Notes under the pieces: generated by a model
The model's database searches: none
Told to the model about the DNA's origin: nothing
What the model saw: only the letters and a program-made list of their open reading frames with translations
Part shown: positions 1 through 11,312 of the stretch, piece by piece
How positions within the stretch are numbered: position 1 is the first letter of the stretch
Layout: every line of letters starts with the position of its first letter
Assembly (NCBI GenBank): GCA_030141605.1
Contig: JAQGDQ010000379.1
Span: 62,001 to 126,000 of the forward strand
Origin: Tubiluchus corallicola
Taxonomy: Eukaryota > Animalia > Priapulida
Reading direction: 5' to 3'
Length of the DNA stretch: 64,000 bases
Made by a program: the position numbers and the translations under genes

Positions 1-64
1 TAATGATAAAAATCATGCATAAACAAATTTGAACAAATAAGTGTAATAGCCAACTAGCACCTAC

Positions 65-85
65 CGGTAATACTTTGGAAAGATC
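65..85 (-). CDS. MPDZ: MPDZ 21-nt microexon, (K)IFPKYY(R)
   Basis: Long pyrimidine tract ttcttttttttcttttcttgcggccag|GATCTTTCCAAAGTATTACCG|gtaggt; phase 2 to 2 matches the upstream exon. Confidence 0.75.
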
Positions 86-1435
86 CTGGCCGCAAGAAAA
101 GAAAAAAAGAAATGCACAATCATCATTACAGCAAATAATTGCTTACCATTCAGAAAGGAAGAGAAGAAAGTCAAAACAGTAAAGCAAAGGAATTCATTAA
201 TAAAGGCAAAGAAATATTACGTTAAAGAAGTTTAATAAGAATAAGATGTAAAATTCACATTAAGTTCATAACAATTTAAAGCCAATCTACAGCATTTAGA
301 TCTAAAATGGCAGCCAACACACAAAAAGTTTATCTTACTGCACATACAATAAAGTTTACATTACTGATGTGTAATAAGGTCCACCTTACCACATATGCAA
401 CAAAAATATGGCATTTATCTACAAGCACACCAAACAACTATCGTTTGACAATAATTGGTCTGGTCATTGCACACAAGATTAGTATCTAAAGTGAATGCCA
501 AGAGGCATTTGTGACTGGCAGCAGTCACCAAGTTCTTGGACAGATTGACAAGTTTTACTTCAATAAAATCATGCTTATTGTACACACTTATATATTTATT
601 TCATACTAAGATGTGCATATCAGCTATTTACAGTGATAAATTATATTTTTTCAGATTCACAAAATGTTGCTAAACTCACTTTCATAAAATTCTGTAAGAA
701 ACACCACATGAAACCTTTGAAGACTTCGAACCAGTTTTATTGCACTCAAATTTTCATTTTCGATTGTTCCAACCCAGAAAGTGTGCATCAAATTAATTTG
801 GAAACTGAACAGAGTCAATTAAATTGATTGAGATCAAAATCGCAGCTCATTGCTGCTTGCCACTGGAAGTTTGGGATATCAAACACTTTCTCCAACAGGC
901 ACCATTTAAGTGCTAGTAACAATGCCACTGTACACTGCTATATTTTACGCAAAACTGTCAAACAACCACAAATGTGTAGCCATAATCTTAATAACATGAC
1001 AACGATGACAAAATCAATTTTGTACCAATTCATTAAAATGAATTTGATTAATAATTTTACTGGATTAGTGGACTGAATGACAGTTTTGAATTTGATTTTT
1101 ACTATACAGCAAAAAGGTTACTCAAGGAGTCAGTGCACACAGTCCCTCTGCAAGTTCACAAGCATGCAGGAATTTTCCTAATGAAATAGAACAATCTAGC
1201 ATTCTGATTTATGTCTGTTAATTTAGACAGAATAACTGACTGACTATTTGTATTTTTCGACTGCACATTCAGCGCTAGCAACACTGATGCTGCACAGCAC
1301 CATATACATCATAAAGAATGATTTCCAAAAAAAATTCTCATTTCTTGTATTAAGTCCAAGCACAATTTACACAAAAAACTCTTGGTAAATACGTTCAGCA
1401 ACATACTCGCTGGTGATAACAGAGCATATACTTAC

Positions 1436-1540
1436 TTTGGTGAGGTTTGTATAGGTGGAGTTGGGGGTGGTCCCGATTTCATGGCGAGCAAGGCAGACTC
1501 ACGATGCACTTGAGCGTCCATGGCAGGAATGTAATGAATA
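1436..1540 (-). CDS. MPDZ: MPDZ exon: end of PDZ6 and linker
   Basis: (N)IHYIPAMDAQVHRESALLAMKSGPPPTPPIQTSP; gcacag acceptor, gtaagt donor; phase 2 to 2. Confidence 0.92.
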
Positions 1541-1857
1541 CTGTGCAATAAAGAAATTCTTTCAAAAACTTTTCAGCAAAAGAATGGATGCTATTTGTTT
1601 GAAACTGACAACCACAAGTGTAAGCAACACTTTAAATAAGCTAGCAAAGCATCTTAGTAAAATGTGTTTATATGTAAAACTCGAGTAATAATCGTAGTAA
1701 TAATTTGGGCAATATGTTTCTAAAAATTTATGTATGGTTAATTACAAAACGTACTCACTCCATATATAATTAGCAAGAAAACAAATGAATGACTTAAGAT
1801 TTCTTTATTATTTTATCACAATAAACATTTTAGATTAGAAAATTTAAACTGACATAC

Positions 1858-2059
1858 TTTATATCTGTGCCTAGTAGCGATGCTCGGCGTAGAATAGCCC
1901 GGGCTTGCGAGTTAGTGATCTTACGCATAGATTCATTGTTTATCGTGACAATGAAATCACCAACTTCAATGTGACCATCTTTAGCAATCGCACCAGATTT
2001 AGAGAGACTTTTAACAATGCAGCCATTTACAGCTCGATCAACTGCTTCTACAGTAAGAC
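1858..2059 (-). CDS. MPDZ: MPDZ exon: PDZ6 core
   Basis: (G)LTVEAVDRAVNGCIVKSLSKSGAIAKDGHIEVGDFIVTINNESMRKITNSQARAILRRASLLGTDI; phase 1 to 2; gtatgt donor. Confidence 0.95.
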
Positions 2060-3065
2060 CTAAAAGTAAAATAGTGATGAAAATTGTAGCGCTGTCGCAG
2101 CTTTAAATTTGAAACACGTTTTAACGATCTCCCATAATTTGATAAACCATTCTTAAAACATAATCGATTTAGAAGAAATATTAGTGACACATTAGAAGAA
2201 TGTTTAAGGTAACTAAATCAGCATTTTTACATCAATATTATGACTGGTAAACAACCATACTTACTACCGAATGGTAATCGTGCTTCCTAATAGCTTAATT
2301 TTTTTCATACTTTAAAATAATTTATCAGTTTCAATTCAATTTCAATTTCAATTCAAATTTATTTAGCCTCATACAATTCATCAGAAAGTTTTTTTAAATG
2401 CGGTTAGTTCACCTTAGAAAATAAAGAGAAAGAGGCAAAGAGGTGAAAGACCATCGGGTCACCTAGTAGCCACCCGAGTAATCAATTAATACTGTCGATG
2501 AAATTCAGAAATCTTGCTAGTATCATTTGGAGAGAGACAATTTGCTTTTTGGTGAGAAGATACATTTTCTCACGAAGAAATTCAGCTTTCAGCTATACAA
2601 GTAACAATATTATGAGTAAGGATTAAAAACAAATGTTTAAGTTAAAAAGAAATAAATAATAAAGGTATTATCCATTTATGAGCAAAATAATAGTACCAAA
2701 GCTATGAACAGGTAAAAAAACATTAAACAATTCAACAAAGCAATAATTCAAAATGTAATAAAGTGATAATAAAAAATCTTACAAATCAATCTTACAAATT
2801 TTGTTAAACTATTAAATTTTAAACTGTATTTTCTTTAACATCACTCAAATAATTTATGATTGAAACATACAAAGTGTAACATACACTATACAATGTGCAG
2901 TGGAACAGAACTTAATGTAAATATTTTTGTGTGCACAAAGTTATTTATATAGTTTGCTCATGGAAAAATTGCTAAATGATATTTGTGCACATATTTACAC
3001 TCGGAATGTCAAATGCAGTACAGCATTATGCAAAACCAATAAAGTATGTTTAGATTCATGTTTAC

Positions 3066-3155
3066 CTAGCTGATTTTGACCTTTCCGTATCCGTATCCGT
3101 CGTTCTAAGGCAGCTGGTAGTGGAGGGAAATCTGATCCCCAAGAACCGGTAGAAC
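3066..3155 (-). CDS. MPDZ: MPDZ exon: start of PDZ6
   Basis: (G)STGSWGSDFPPLPAALERRIRIRKGQNQL; phase 1 to 1; acttgcag acceptor, gtaaac donor. Confidence 0.92.
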
Positions 3156-3840
3156 CTGCAAGTCAAAATGCGAAAATAAATGAATTCATAATGGTAAGTT
3201 CTGTTAGGTTCAAATGTATTCAAGTGATTAAAATATAAAAACAGGGAAAATGATGCTCTTTAGCATGTTAATCATAATAAGTTATATAGAACACATAGCC
3301 AATGGGTGTTTGTCAGTACATACAAAAATGAAATTAAAAGTGTAGCAACATTTCAGACCAACAGACAATATAAAACTTGTTTTCATTTTATCAGTCAACA
3401 TTTCTCATCTTTATACACATAAAAATTATTGTAGCAAAAAAAACGTAAAAAAGAAACAAATGCAATGAAAAGTTCAGAGGAAAGTAAAATATTTGTTTTT
3501 CATGTACCAGATGGTGCCACCTACACACAAGAATAAACAAATGCCCGTGAGCATCAATATTGAATGCATCTTGCAGGTGTGATGAAAAGCATTTTTATCA
3601 TAAAATTTTATCATTTAAAGCGTCCATGATTTAGGTATCAACAGTTAGTTTCTATTCAGTTTGTGTTAAATGATGTATGACAAATTGTTATTTATTTACC
3701 TTTCTAAAAGAAATAAATAGTGGATGTTGCAGCTGATGTGTTGTTTGTAACTAATTAAGAGCAAAGTTATTAATAACATTAATGCGGCTTTAATCACATC
3801 ACATCAATGACAAAAAATAAAATATTGCAAACTTTCTTAC

Positions 3841-3988
3841 CAACACTTAAACTAGGTGAAGGCATAGGTGACAGACGCGGTGAAGCAAGAGGTGTCGACT
3901 GCTGAGAGCCAGTGGTCACCATAAGGTCACTTACAGGTGCTGCCACGTCCACTTGTTCTTCTTTGCTATATTTATGACCATTCAGAAG
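3841..3988 (-). CDS. MPDZ: MPDZ exon: Ser/Pro-rich linker
   Basis: tttatttttag|LLNGHKYSKEEQVDVAAPVSDLMVTTGSQQSTPLASPRLSPMPSPSLSV|gtaaga; phase 0 to 1. Confidence 0.88.
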
Positions 3989-4839
3989 CTAAAAATAAAG
4001 ATACAGTTTCAATTATAACCGTTTTTAAAGAAACAATGGGAAAACACTATAACAGAGTTATTTTGTTAGACACTTCAGAGAAAGACAGTGAAAAAACAAG
4101 ACAGCATTGAAAGACAGAGTAATCCAAGAACTGAAACGAATTCATTCAGTACTGTAAAGTATTGTAAGTACTGCAAAACATTAATTGTCACTAGAATTGC
4201 GATAATATGATGTCCTGATTTATCTAAGAGTTAAAAAGTAAATAAAAATAATCACGATAATTTTCTTTCATTTCATATTAGATTTTGTTGTTTGAATGCT
4301 TGGAATCAACGTATGTTATGGTTAACACGAAAAACTATAGTGCCTAAGAAGACCCCCATAAACACAACATTGAGCCTTAGACCCGCTGGTTTTTCAAGTG
4401 AGCCCTTCGACGTTGCAACTTCTCAAAAAAAACTGCAGATTAATTTTACTTGTGCCGCTGATTTTCTGATTCATATGCTTTGTTGCCCTCTGGAAAATTG
4501 CAGGACAACAACCACCCACATATGTGGAACAACCCTTTTATCGTGAATAAAAGATGACGCAACAAGTTAGTTTGATTTGTGGATGAGTTGGAAGGCAAAG
4601 AGTTGCACCCCCACCATAAAAATCTACTAGCTCTTAACAAGTACATAAAAACGACATTAATTTTAAAGTGCACCTAACAAAAGGCAATAATCATAATATG
4701 GTCAAATACAACATTACAACATATCAACTACAAATACAATATTTTATCAATGACATAAAACGCAATGACGTCCTCTGCTTCTAATGCAAGTAATAAAAGG
4801 TAGTAAGGCAGTCAGGCTCAGAATATCAACTGAGATTAC

Positions 4840-4983
4840 CTCGTCCATCGTTTTCTTTGATAAAAACCCTTCTGGAAGGTTAAAATAATTAGAACCGTCG
4901 CTACTGTAGTCATCGCCTTCATCATCATCAAGGGGTGGAAGTGGTGGTGGGGAGAGGGGAACAGTGACTTGTTCAGCTGGAGA
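4840..4983 (-). CDS. MPDZ: MPDZ exon: Pro/acidic linker
   Basis: ttcttctaacag|SPAEQVTVPLSPPPLPPLDDDEGDDYSSDGSNYFNLPEGFLSKKTMDE|gtaatc; 144 nt, phase 0 to 0. Confidence 0.85.
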
Positions 4984-6308
4984 CTGTTAGAAGAAACGAA
5001 ACCATGCATGCAAAAGTAAAATTAAAATCAACAAATTAAAATTGTATTATAAACTAAATTAAGTGCAAATAAATGTTATTAACACAAAACACACAGAATT
5101 TTCTACAAACTATATATTAGAATGTGTGGGTAATTCAGAAATGAAAACAAACAAACAAAAATGTAAATCTGACTGGCTAATTATTAATAAAACACCATTT
5201 TTTGTGCACTATTTAAACATTAGAAAATGTTATTGCTAGAATGCTGAAACTTGTTTACGAAACTAAATATATTAAAATGTTAGAACCAACCACTCAGTGA
5301 ATTACAGTGAGATAGTTAAGTTAATTAAGTGCATCGTATTTCAAATCAAACTGAAAAAAATCAAACAAAACTACTATAACTCAGGCAGATAATTCACGGT
5401 TAGGAAAAAGACCAGTTACCTGACTAGCAAAGTGAATGAATGAAGGTGAAAGAATATTTAAACTTTTCTTATATTGGAAGTATTTCTCAAAATTTGTAGT
5501 CTTCAAGGAAAACAGACAGCTCTTTTTAGACCATACTACACTTAGACCGACAAAGAGGTCAGTTGACAGGCATCTTTCTGCTTTCAAATGCATCTTAAGC
5601 ATATTTACAAGACTAAAGAATGCAAAACCACACAGAAACACAAAAATTCCGCAAATTTCTTCTCTTAGTTACCTTTTCCTTGTTACTTTCTTGCCGATTA
5701 CAAAATTTCCCAACTAAGTTCTGCTATTTTAAATGTATTCACTGTCTTGTGAATAATCATGGATTGATAATGATTGATTGAAAACCATAATAAAACATGA
5801 TATTATTATTTTAGTAGCGCTAGTTACAATATCACATTGCGGCGATTCAAGCGTTCTACAGTATTTAGCAAGGCTCATATAACAGTGCTCAGTTAATTAT
5901 GCCAATGCGCAATCAATTACTACGACAACTTATGAGACAGGTGTTTCAGACACGTGGGAAAACTAGGAATGAGATTCAGGTATGATTAATCACGCAAGTT
6001 CTGGCAGGTGATTATATACATTAAAAACTTGAAAAAGCTGCAAACGTCAGAAATTTTTAGTCGTGCAGACATAGAGAAAATACGTGTCACAGTCACTCAA
6101 AACTAACAATAGAGTTACCAATAACAAGTACAACGCTTTACAGTCAATTAACGTCGGTGTAAACCGTCTGATGCCACAAATAAAATAAAGAGTAAAACTG
6201 TCGCGCAAGTTGAAAAAAAAGGTGACTAATAATCTGCCACAGTCGACTTAGTACAGAACTACAGCAACTTTATACACAATACAGGAAAGAGAAAGCAGCA
6301 AGCAAACA

Positions 6309-7041
6309 AATCACTAAAACACACACCTGTGATTAGGCCATGAAGTGTAATCACTGAAACACACACCTGTGATTAGGCCATGAAGTGTAATCACTGAAAC
6401 ACACACCTGTGATTATACTTATGGAAGTGTAATCACTGAAATACACACCTGTGATTAGGCCATGAAGTGTAATCACTGAAATACACACATGAGATTCAAC
6501 CACGAAGGTTAATCACTGAAACACACACACCTGTGATTAGACAATGGAAGTGTAATCGCTGAAACGCACCCTTGAGTTATACCATAAAAGTGTAATCACT
6601 GAAACACACACCTGAGATTCAACCACGAAGGTTAATCACTGAAAAACACACTTGTGATTGAACCATGGAAGTGTAATCACTGAAACACACACACCTGTGA
6701 TTAGACAATGGAAGTGTAATCGCTGAAACGCACCCTTGAGTTAGACCATAAAAGTGTAATCACTGAAACACACACCTGAGATTCAACCACAAGGGTAATC
6801 ACTGAAAAACACACTTGTGATTAAACCATGGAAGTGTAATCACTGAAACACACACACCTGTGATTAGACAATGGAAGTGTAATCGCTGAAACGCACCCTT
6901 GAGTTAGACCATAAAAGTGTAATCACTGAAACACACACCTGAGATTCAACCACGAAGGGTAATCGCTGAAAAACACACTTGTGATTAAACCATGGCAGTG
7001 TAATCACTGAAAAACACACCCATGATTAAGCCAGTGAAGTG
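6309..7041. repeat. Minisatellite, about 40-bp unit x about 18, with 4-unit higher-order repeat
   Basis: Unit aatcactgaaacacacacctgtgattaggccatgaagtgt; four variants recur in a fixed order. Confidence 0.95.
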
Positions 7042-7487
7042 TTTTAACAACAAACAGAAATTAAATAAAAAGAACCAGCTTCGCTTGAGTAAATACTTAA
7101 CCGCACTCTTCATGTATTAAATATTTATTCACAAAGATTTACGCAGTTTCTATATTATTAACCTTTGACAATATTGCTAAAGGCAGCCAAAGCCCAAGCT
7201 ATCCAACATTTTACACTTTTACAGTTTTCCTGCTAATCAATAACATTGCATAACAAACCTTAGAAAGCCCTAATTAACTATTAACTTGTACCTTGTACAA
7301 CTTGAGATGTTAAGATGAGCTATGAACTAATCTTTCTTGAGCGGAGGAGGTATATGAGGGTAATAACTACAGCAAGCCAGTGTGAAATCAATAATAAATT
7401 TTGATGAAGTTACACATAAAAAATGCAGAAAGTAATTACAGTACGGTACACGGGCAATCTTGTAGTTTTGTTTTAACTTTAGACGTT

Positions 7488-7800
7488 ATTTTCTTGCCTT
7501 TATACAATTTCTACATAAGTGCCTATAACTCAGTAGCTGCCTTTAAGTTTTCTTGCCTTTGTACATTGTCTACACAAGTGTCTATAACTCCGTAGCTACT
7601 CAGAAATCAGAGGTTTTTTGCCTTTGGTACATTCTCTATACAAGTGTCTAGAACTCACTACCTTCTTAAAAATTTCTTTCCTTTGTATATTCTCTACACA
7701 AGTGCAAATAACTCAGCAGCTACTCACAAAATTTTCTTGCTTTTGGTACGTTCTCTACACAAGGACTATAATTCACTAGCTGCTAGGAAGTCAGAAATAA
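7488..7800. repeat. Degenerate tandem repeat, about 60-bp unit x 5
   Basis: Recurrent ttttcttgcctttgtacattctctacacaagtgtctataactcagtagct. Confidence 0.85.
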
Positions 7801-9160
7801 GGTTTTCAGCGAAGCCATCGCCCAGCTAGGCAGTAAAGTCAATTAAGAAAACAAACAGAGAAGCATGTCCCGAAGATCAGGGTTTCTGCAAATAAGAACA
7901 TTCAGCAAACATGGAGATTTATCTGGTCAGTTGCTTCTTATCAGACAAGACAGGAAAGTCAGAGAATACGTGAACTATATTGCACAATTCTTTAGGTATG
8001 TGAATAGTAGAATAGAGTATTTCATGTGAAACGTATAGCTGCTATTGACAGTTCTGTATACACAATATGTAATGCACGATATGGTACCTTATAAACATTA
8101 AACACTGTAGACTGTATTGAGTAGTTTCTAATAAACCATGTGAACTAAATGTTCAAAATTCTTTAGAGACAAACTGAAATGTGTCGCGTAGTTTTACAAT
8201 GTATTGGGTAAATACACCATACGGATATCGTGTGAAATGACTGAAATCCATCCAAGTTCACTGTAGGAAGTACTGGGTGCACATAAATGTTGAGAATAAA
8301 TCTAGTGAGACAACTTTTTATGAATTTCCAGCTAAGCATAACTCATTTAAAACAGTTCAAGTAAATTAAACGAAAGCGATTACAGAAAAAACTCTTTCTA
8401 CAGACAGCAGACATTGTATCAGATAGTATTACTTTCAGACAAGTCATTCAAATACAGCATTCTTGAAAATTCTGAGTCAAAATTGTTGACATTGGAGGAA
8501 ATTAATTTAAATATAGTTTTGAAAGGTGGTTAAATGATCATGATCAGGCTTGTGCTGAAATGTAACAGTAGAACGTCTCTTCAGCCTCACATAAGGCAGA
8601 GTAACAGAAAAGTCAATATGCACCAGCCAACAGGAATAATAACTGTAGTTCGACTTTAAACCAGATGGCGAATTTCACACGACCGTCATCATACACAGAG
8701 AGCTTCTTTTAACAAAACAAATGAGCATAGAATCAATTACAATGTAATTAGGAGAACGTTACAGAGAACTGTGAAAAAATGCTTCTCAAAGTTACACGTT
8801 TTAAGATTAGGAGCCAGCCAGGAACTCGTACTTTTTACTATAGTTGTTAATTATTCATTAACATTTTTTCCGTAACTACTGTCAATTTAATTAACCAGCA
8901 TTTTTTGTATTATAATATTAAAATCCACAACCAATGGTAAATGGAAATTTTAAATGCAGTAAGGTAAAAGACGAAAGACTCTTTCTAATTGGCTTCATTG
9001 ACACTTAAACAGCGTCGCATAACAAAAAATTAAAAAGTCACTAACCGAACTCCACCCACCCAATAAAACTACTAAACGCCTTATGTGATCTTACACAAAA
9101 TTAAAATAACTTGTCAAAATTCCATTACAAAATTCATCTGAGTCACATATGAAGCAAAGC

Positions 9161-9585
9161 AACTAGAAGACATCTACGACTGAAGTTGTTCATCAGTGAA
9201 GTGTCGTTTTTGCTCTCTGTAAACTTGAACTGACCTTGACCTCGGACTAACTAACAGGAACTAACGCGTCTCTTCGCAAGTTTTCGTATAATACAACACC
9301 TATATTACAAGATAGATTTTGTTTTAAACAAGTTGACCTTCGACTTAAAACAAAAAAAATCGCGCAATTATAAGACAAAAAAATCATGTATTTTTTTATT
9401 TTTACCAAACCGAAAATTTCCGATTGACATTTGACCTCGGGATAACTTTACAGGTCAGCAATCTAGCGATGGGAAAATACTAAAAAAATGAACAAGTTTG
9501 CTTCAAAATTATACTGCAAGTTTTATTACTGTCAACAATGACCCATACCAAACAAACAAACAAACATATTCATTTATTAGCATTG
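9161..9585 (+). mobile_element. Possible non-autonomous Helitron/Helentron-like relic
   Basis: aactag start, repeated tgacct(t) motifs, (caaa)n microsatellite and tttattag near the end. Architecture only; no sequence match was checked. Confidence 0.35.
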
Positions 9586-10126
9586 CCACTGTACTAAACT
9601 CTTAATATATTTGTGAGAGGTAAAATCGCTTTTGTCGAACGTATTTTATCTAGACTGTAGCAAAATCCTCTCCCCCTTAAATGGGAACACATGTAGTTTT
9701 AAATAACCTAGTATATGTATATTATGTATAACCTAATTAATGCACTGTGCGCGGGATTGACGCAACTTCATTAAATGTTTCCTCTAATATCCCACATACA
9801 AATAACTAATGACCACACGTTTACAGTTAATGTCACCTAGCACGCAATCCAGCAGAACACAGTACCCTGTATTCAGTAAATATCATTTATATGTCAACTC
9901 TATTCAATATACAGTGTAATTGAGAATGCTTACGTTAATGCACAGTTAGACCAAACGTTATCTAATCTGAAAACTGAAAACGTGCCATCGAAATTGACTA
10001 ATTACATAGTTTACTTTCATTTTTTTATATAACTGTGTTTGTTTACCTGTCTGTCTGTTTTTGCTCAACTATTTATCTGCTCCTTAAACTAAAAAATGTT
10101 TAGTTTCGATGGTCACTTTAAAGATG

Positions 10127-10866
10127 AAACAAGTTCAACTCGGACAATTCGTCGACAGATGCGAAATCTGTTCTATTATAATCTTCCGCAGGTTTAGGTT
10201 TTGCGTTTAGGTATTAGGTTTTTAGAAAACGACGTCAACGTCGCCATCTTTAATTCATGATGGCAAATCGAAAATGGGACTCAGGAAGTCGATGTGGAGT
10301 TCGTTCTAGTACGTTCCTGTAAATTTTCACGACAATCCATTGCGAAATAATGAAGCCTAGGGCCTTTTTTGAAAATGATGTCATCGTTGCCACGTCGAGA
10401 GAGAAAGACGGATCGAAATTCACTCGGTTGTCTATACAGAATGTGTTCTAGTCAGTGTGTTCCTATAAAGATTCATGATGTCTGCCGAAAATGATGTTAT
10501 TGCTACTGTCTTTAATTCGAAATGACGGATCGGAAATCTGATTCCGTCAGTCGATGAGGAGTGTTTTAGTACAGTCCTGCAAAGTTTCGTGATAATCAGT
10601 TGTGAATTGGGGGAGCCTTAGGATTTTCTCAGAAAAGATATTATTGCCATCTTGAATTCAAAATGGTGGATCGAAAATACCGATATCGTCAGTCGATATG
10701 GAATTTTTGTTCTGGTAGATTCTGGTAAAGTTAAATAACGATCCATTGCTAATTCATGATGCCTTGGGCTTTTTTTCGAAAAATCATCACTCGACAACAA
10801 AAACAGGAGCAACAAAAACAAAACATCCAGATGAATAGTGATTTGGGTTGAGTCTCGACCAAAAAT
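10127..10866 (+). mobile_element. Non-autonomous Helentron-like (HINE/DINE-type) element with about 146-bp degenerate core repeats
   Basis: Core starts at about 10225, 10371, 10487, 10632 and 10778 (gaaaa.gatgt...gccatcttgaattc...gatcgaaa...agtcgat...aaagtttc); AC-rich tract; terminal hairpin tttgggttgagtctcgaccaaa (10842-10863). Confidence 0.6.
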
Positions 10867-11081
10867 GTTACACTTCAAAAAACTGAAATACCTATAAACA
10901 TGCACTAGAACTCTCAAGAAATTAATTGTGTAAGCGTTTTATTTCGTTAGAAGTACTCCATTAACCATCTGATCTTGTCAACTAAGTGAAAGGCAGACAT
11001 AAACAGGCACTAATAAAAACAACGCTAAAATTACTTCATTAGTGCAAAAATAGAGGTAGTGGAAAACTGTAAACAAAAAAG

Positions 11082-11312
11082 ACCTGTATGTTCACTTTGA
11101 ACTTAATTTAGCGTATATGTTCACATTGCTCAGAATGAACTATCATGCTAATTTGCTCACACTGCTAGAATGAACCTGTACGTTAACACTCCTCAGAATG
11201 TACCTGTATGTTCACATTGTTCAAAGTAATTCTGCATGTTCACATGGTTCAGAATGAACATGTATGTTCACATTACTCAGAATGAACATTTATGTTCACA
11301 TTGCTCTGAATG
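11082..11312. repeat. Minisatellite, about 28-bp unit x about 8
   Basis: Unit atgttcacattgctcagaatgaacctgt. Confidence 0.88.

Noticed and set aside
141-175. Minus-strand pyrimidine tract followed by a gtaagc donor
   Set aside because: There is no AG between tract and donor, and using the AG in gtaag hits an in-frame stop
2328-2365. (TTCAA)n run resembling a LINE tail; a similar run lies at about 58485-58525
   Set aside because: I found no adjacent ORF2 motif, so these were left uncalled
3929-3935. Internal CCT|GTAAGT donor within exon 3841-3988
   Set aside because: Its use gives phase 0, incompatible with the next phase-1 exon, so it is not called as a productive isoform
6309-7041. CRISPR-like array (partly palindromic repeat with variable segments)
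   Set aside because: The variable parts are short related variants that recur in order, not unique spacers; there are no cas genes and the context is a eukaryotic intron
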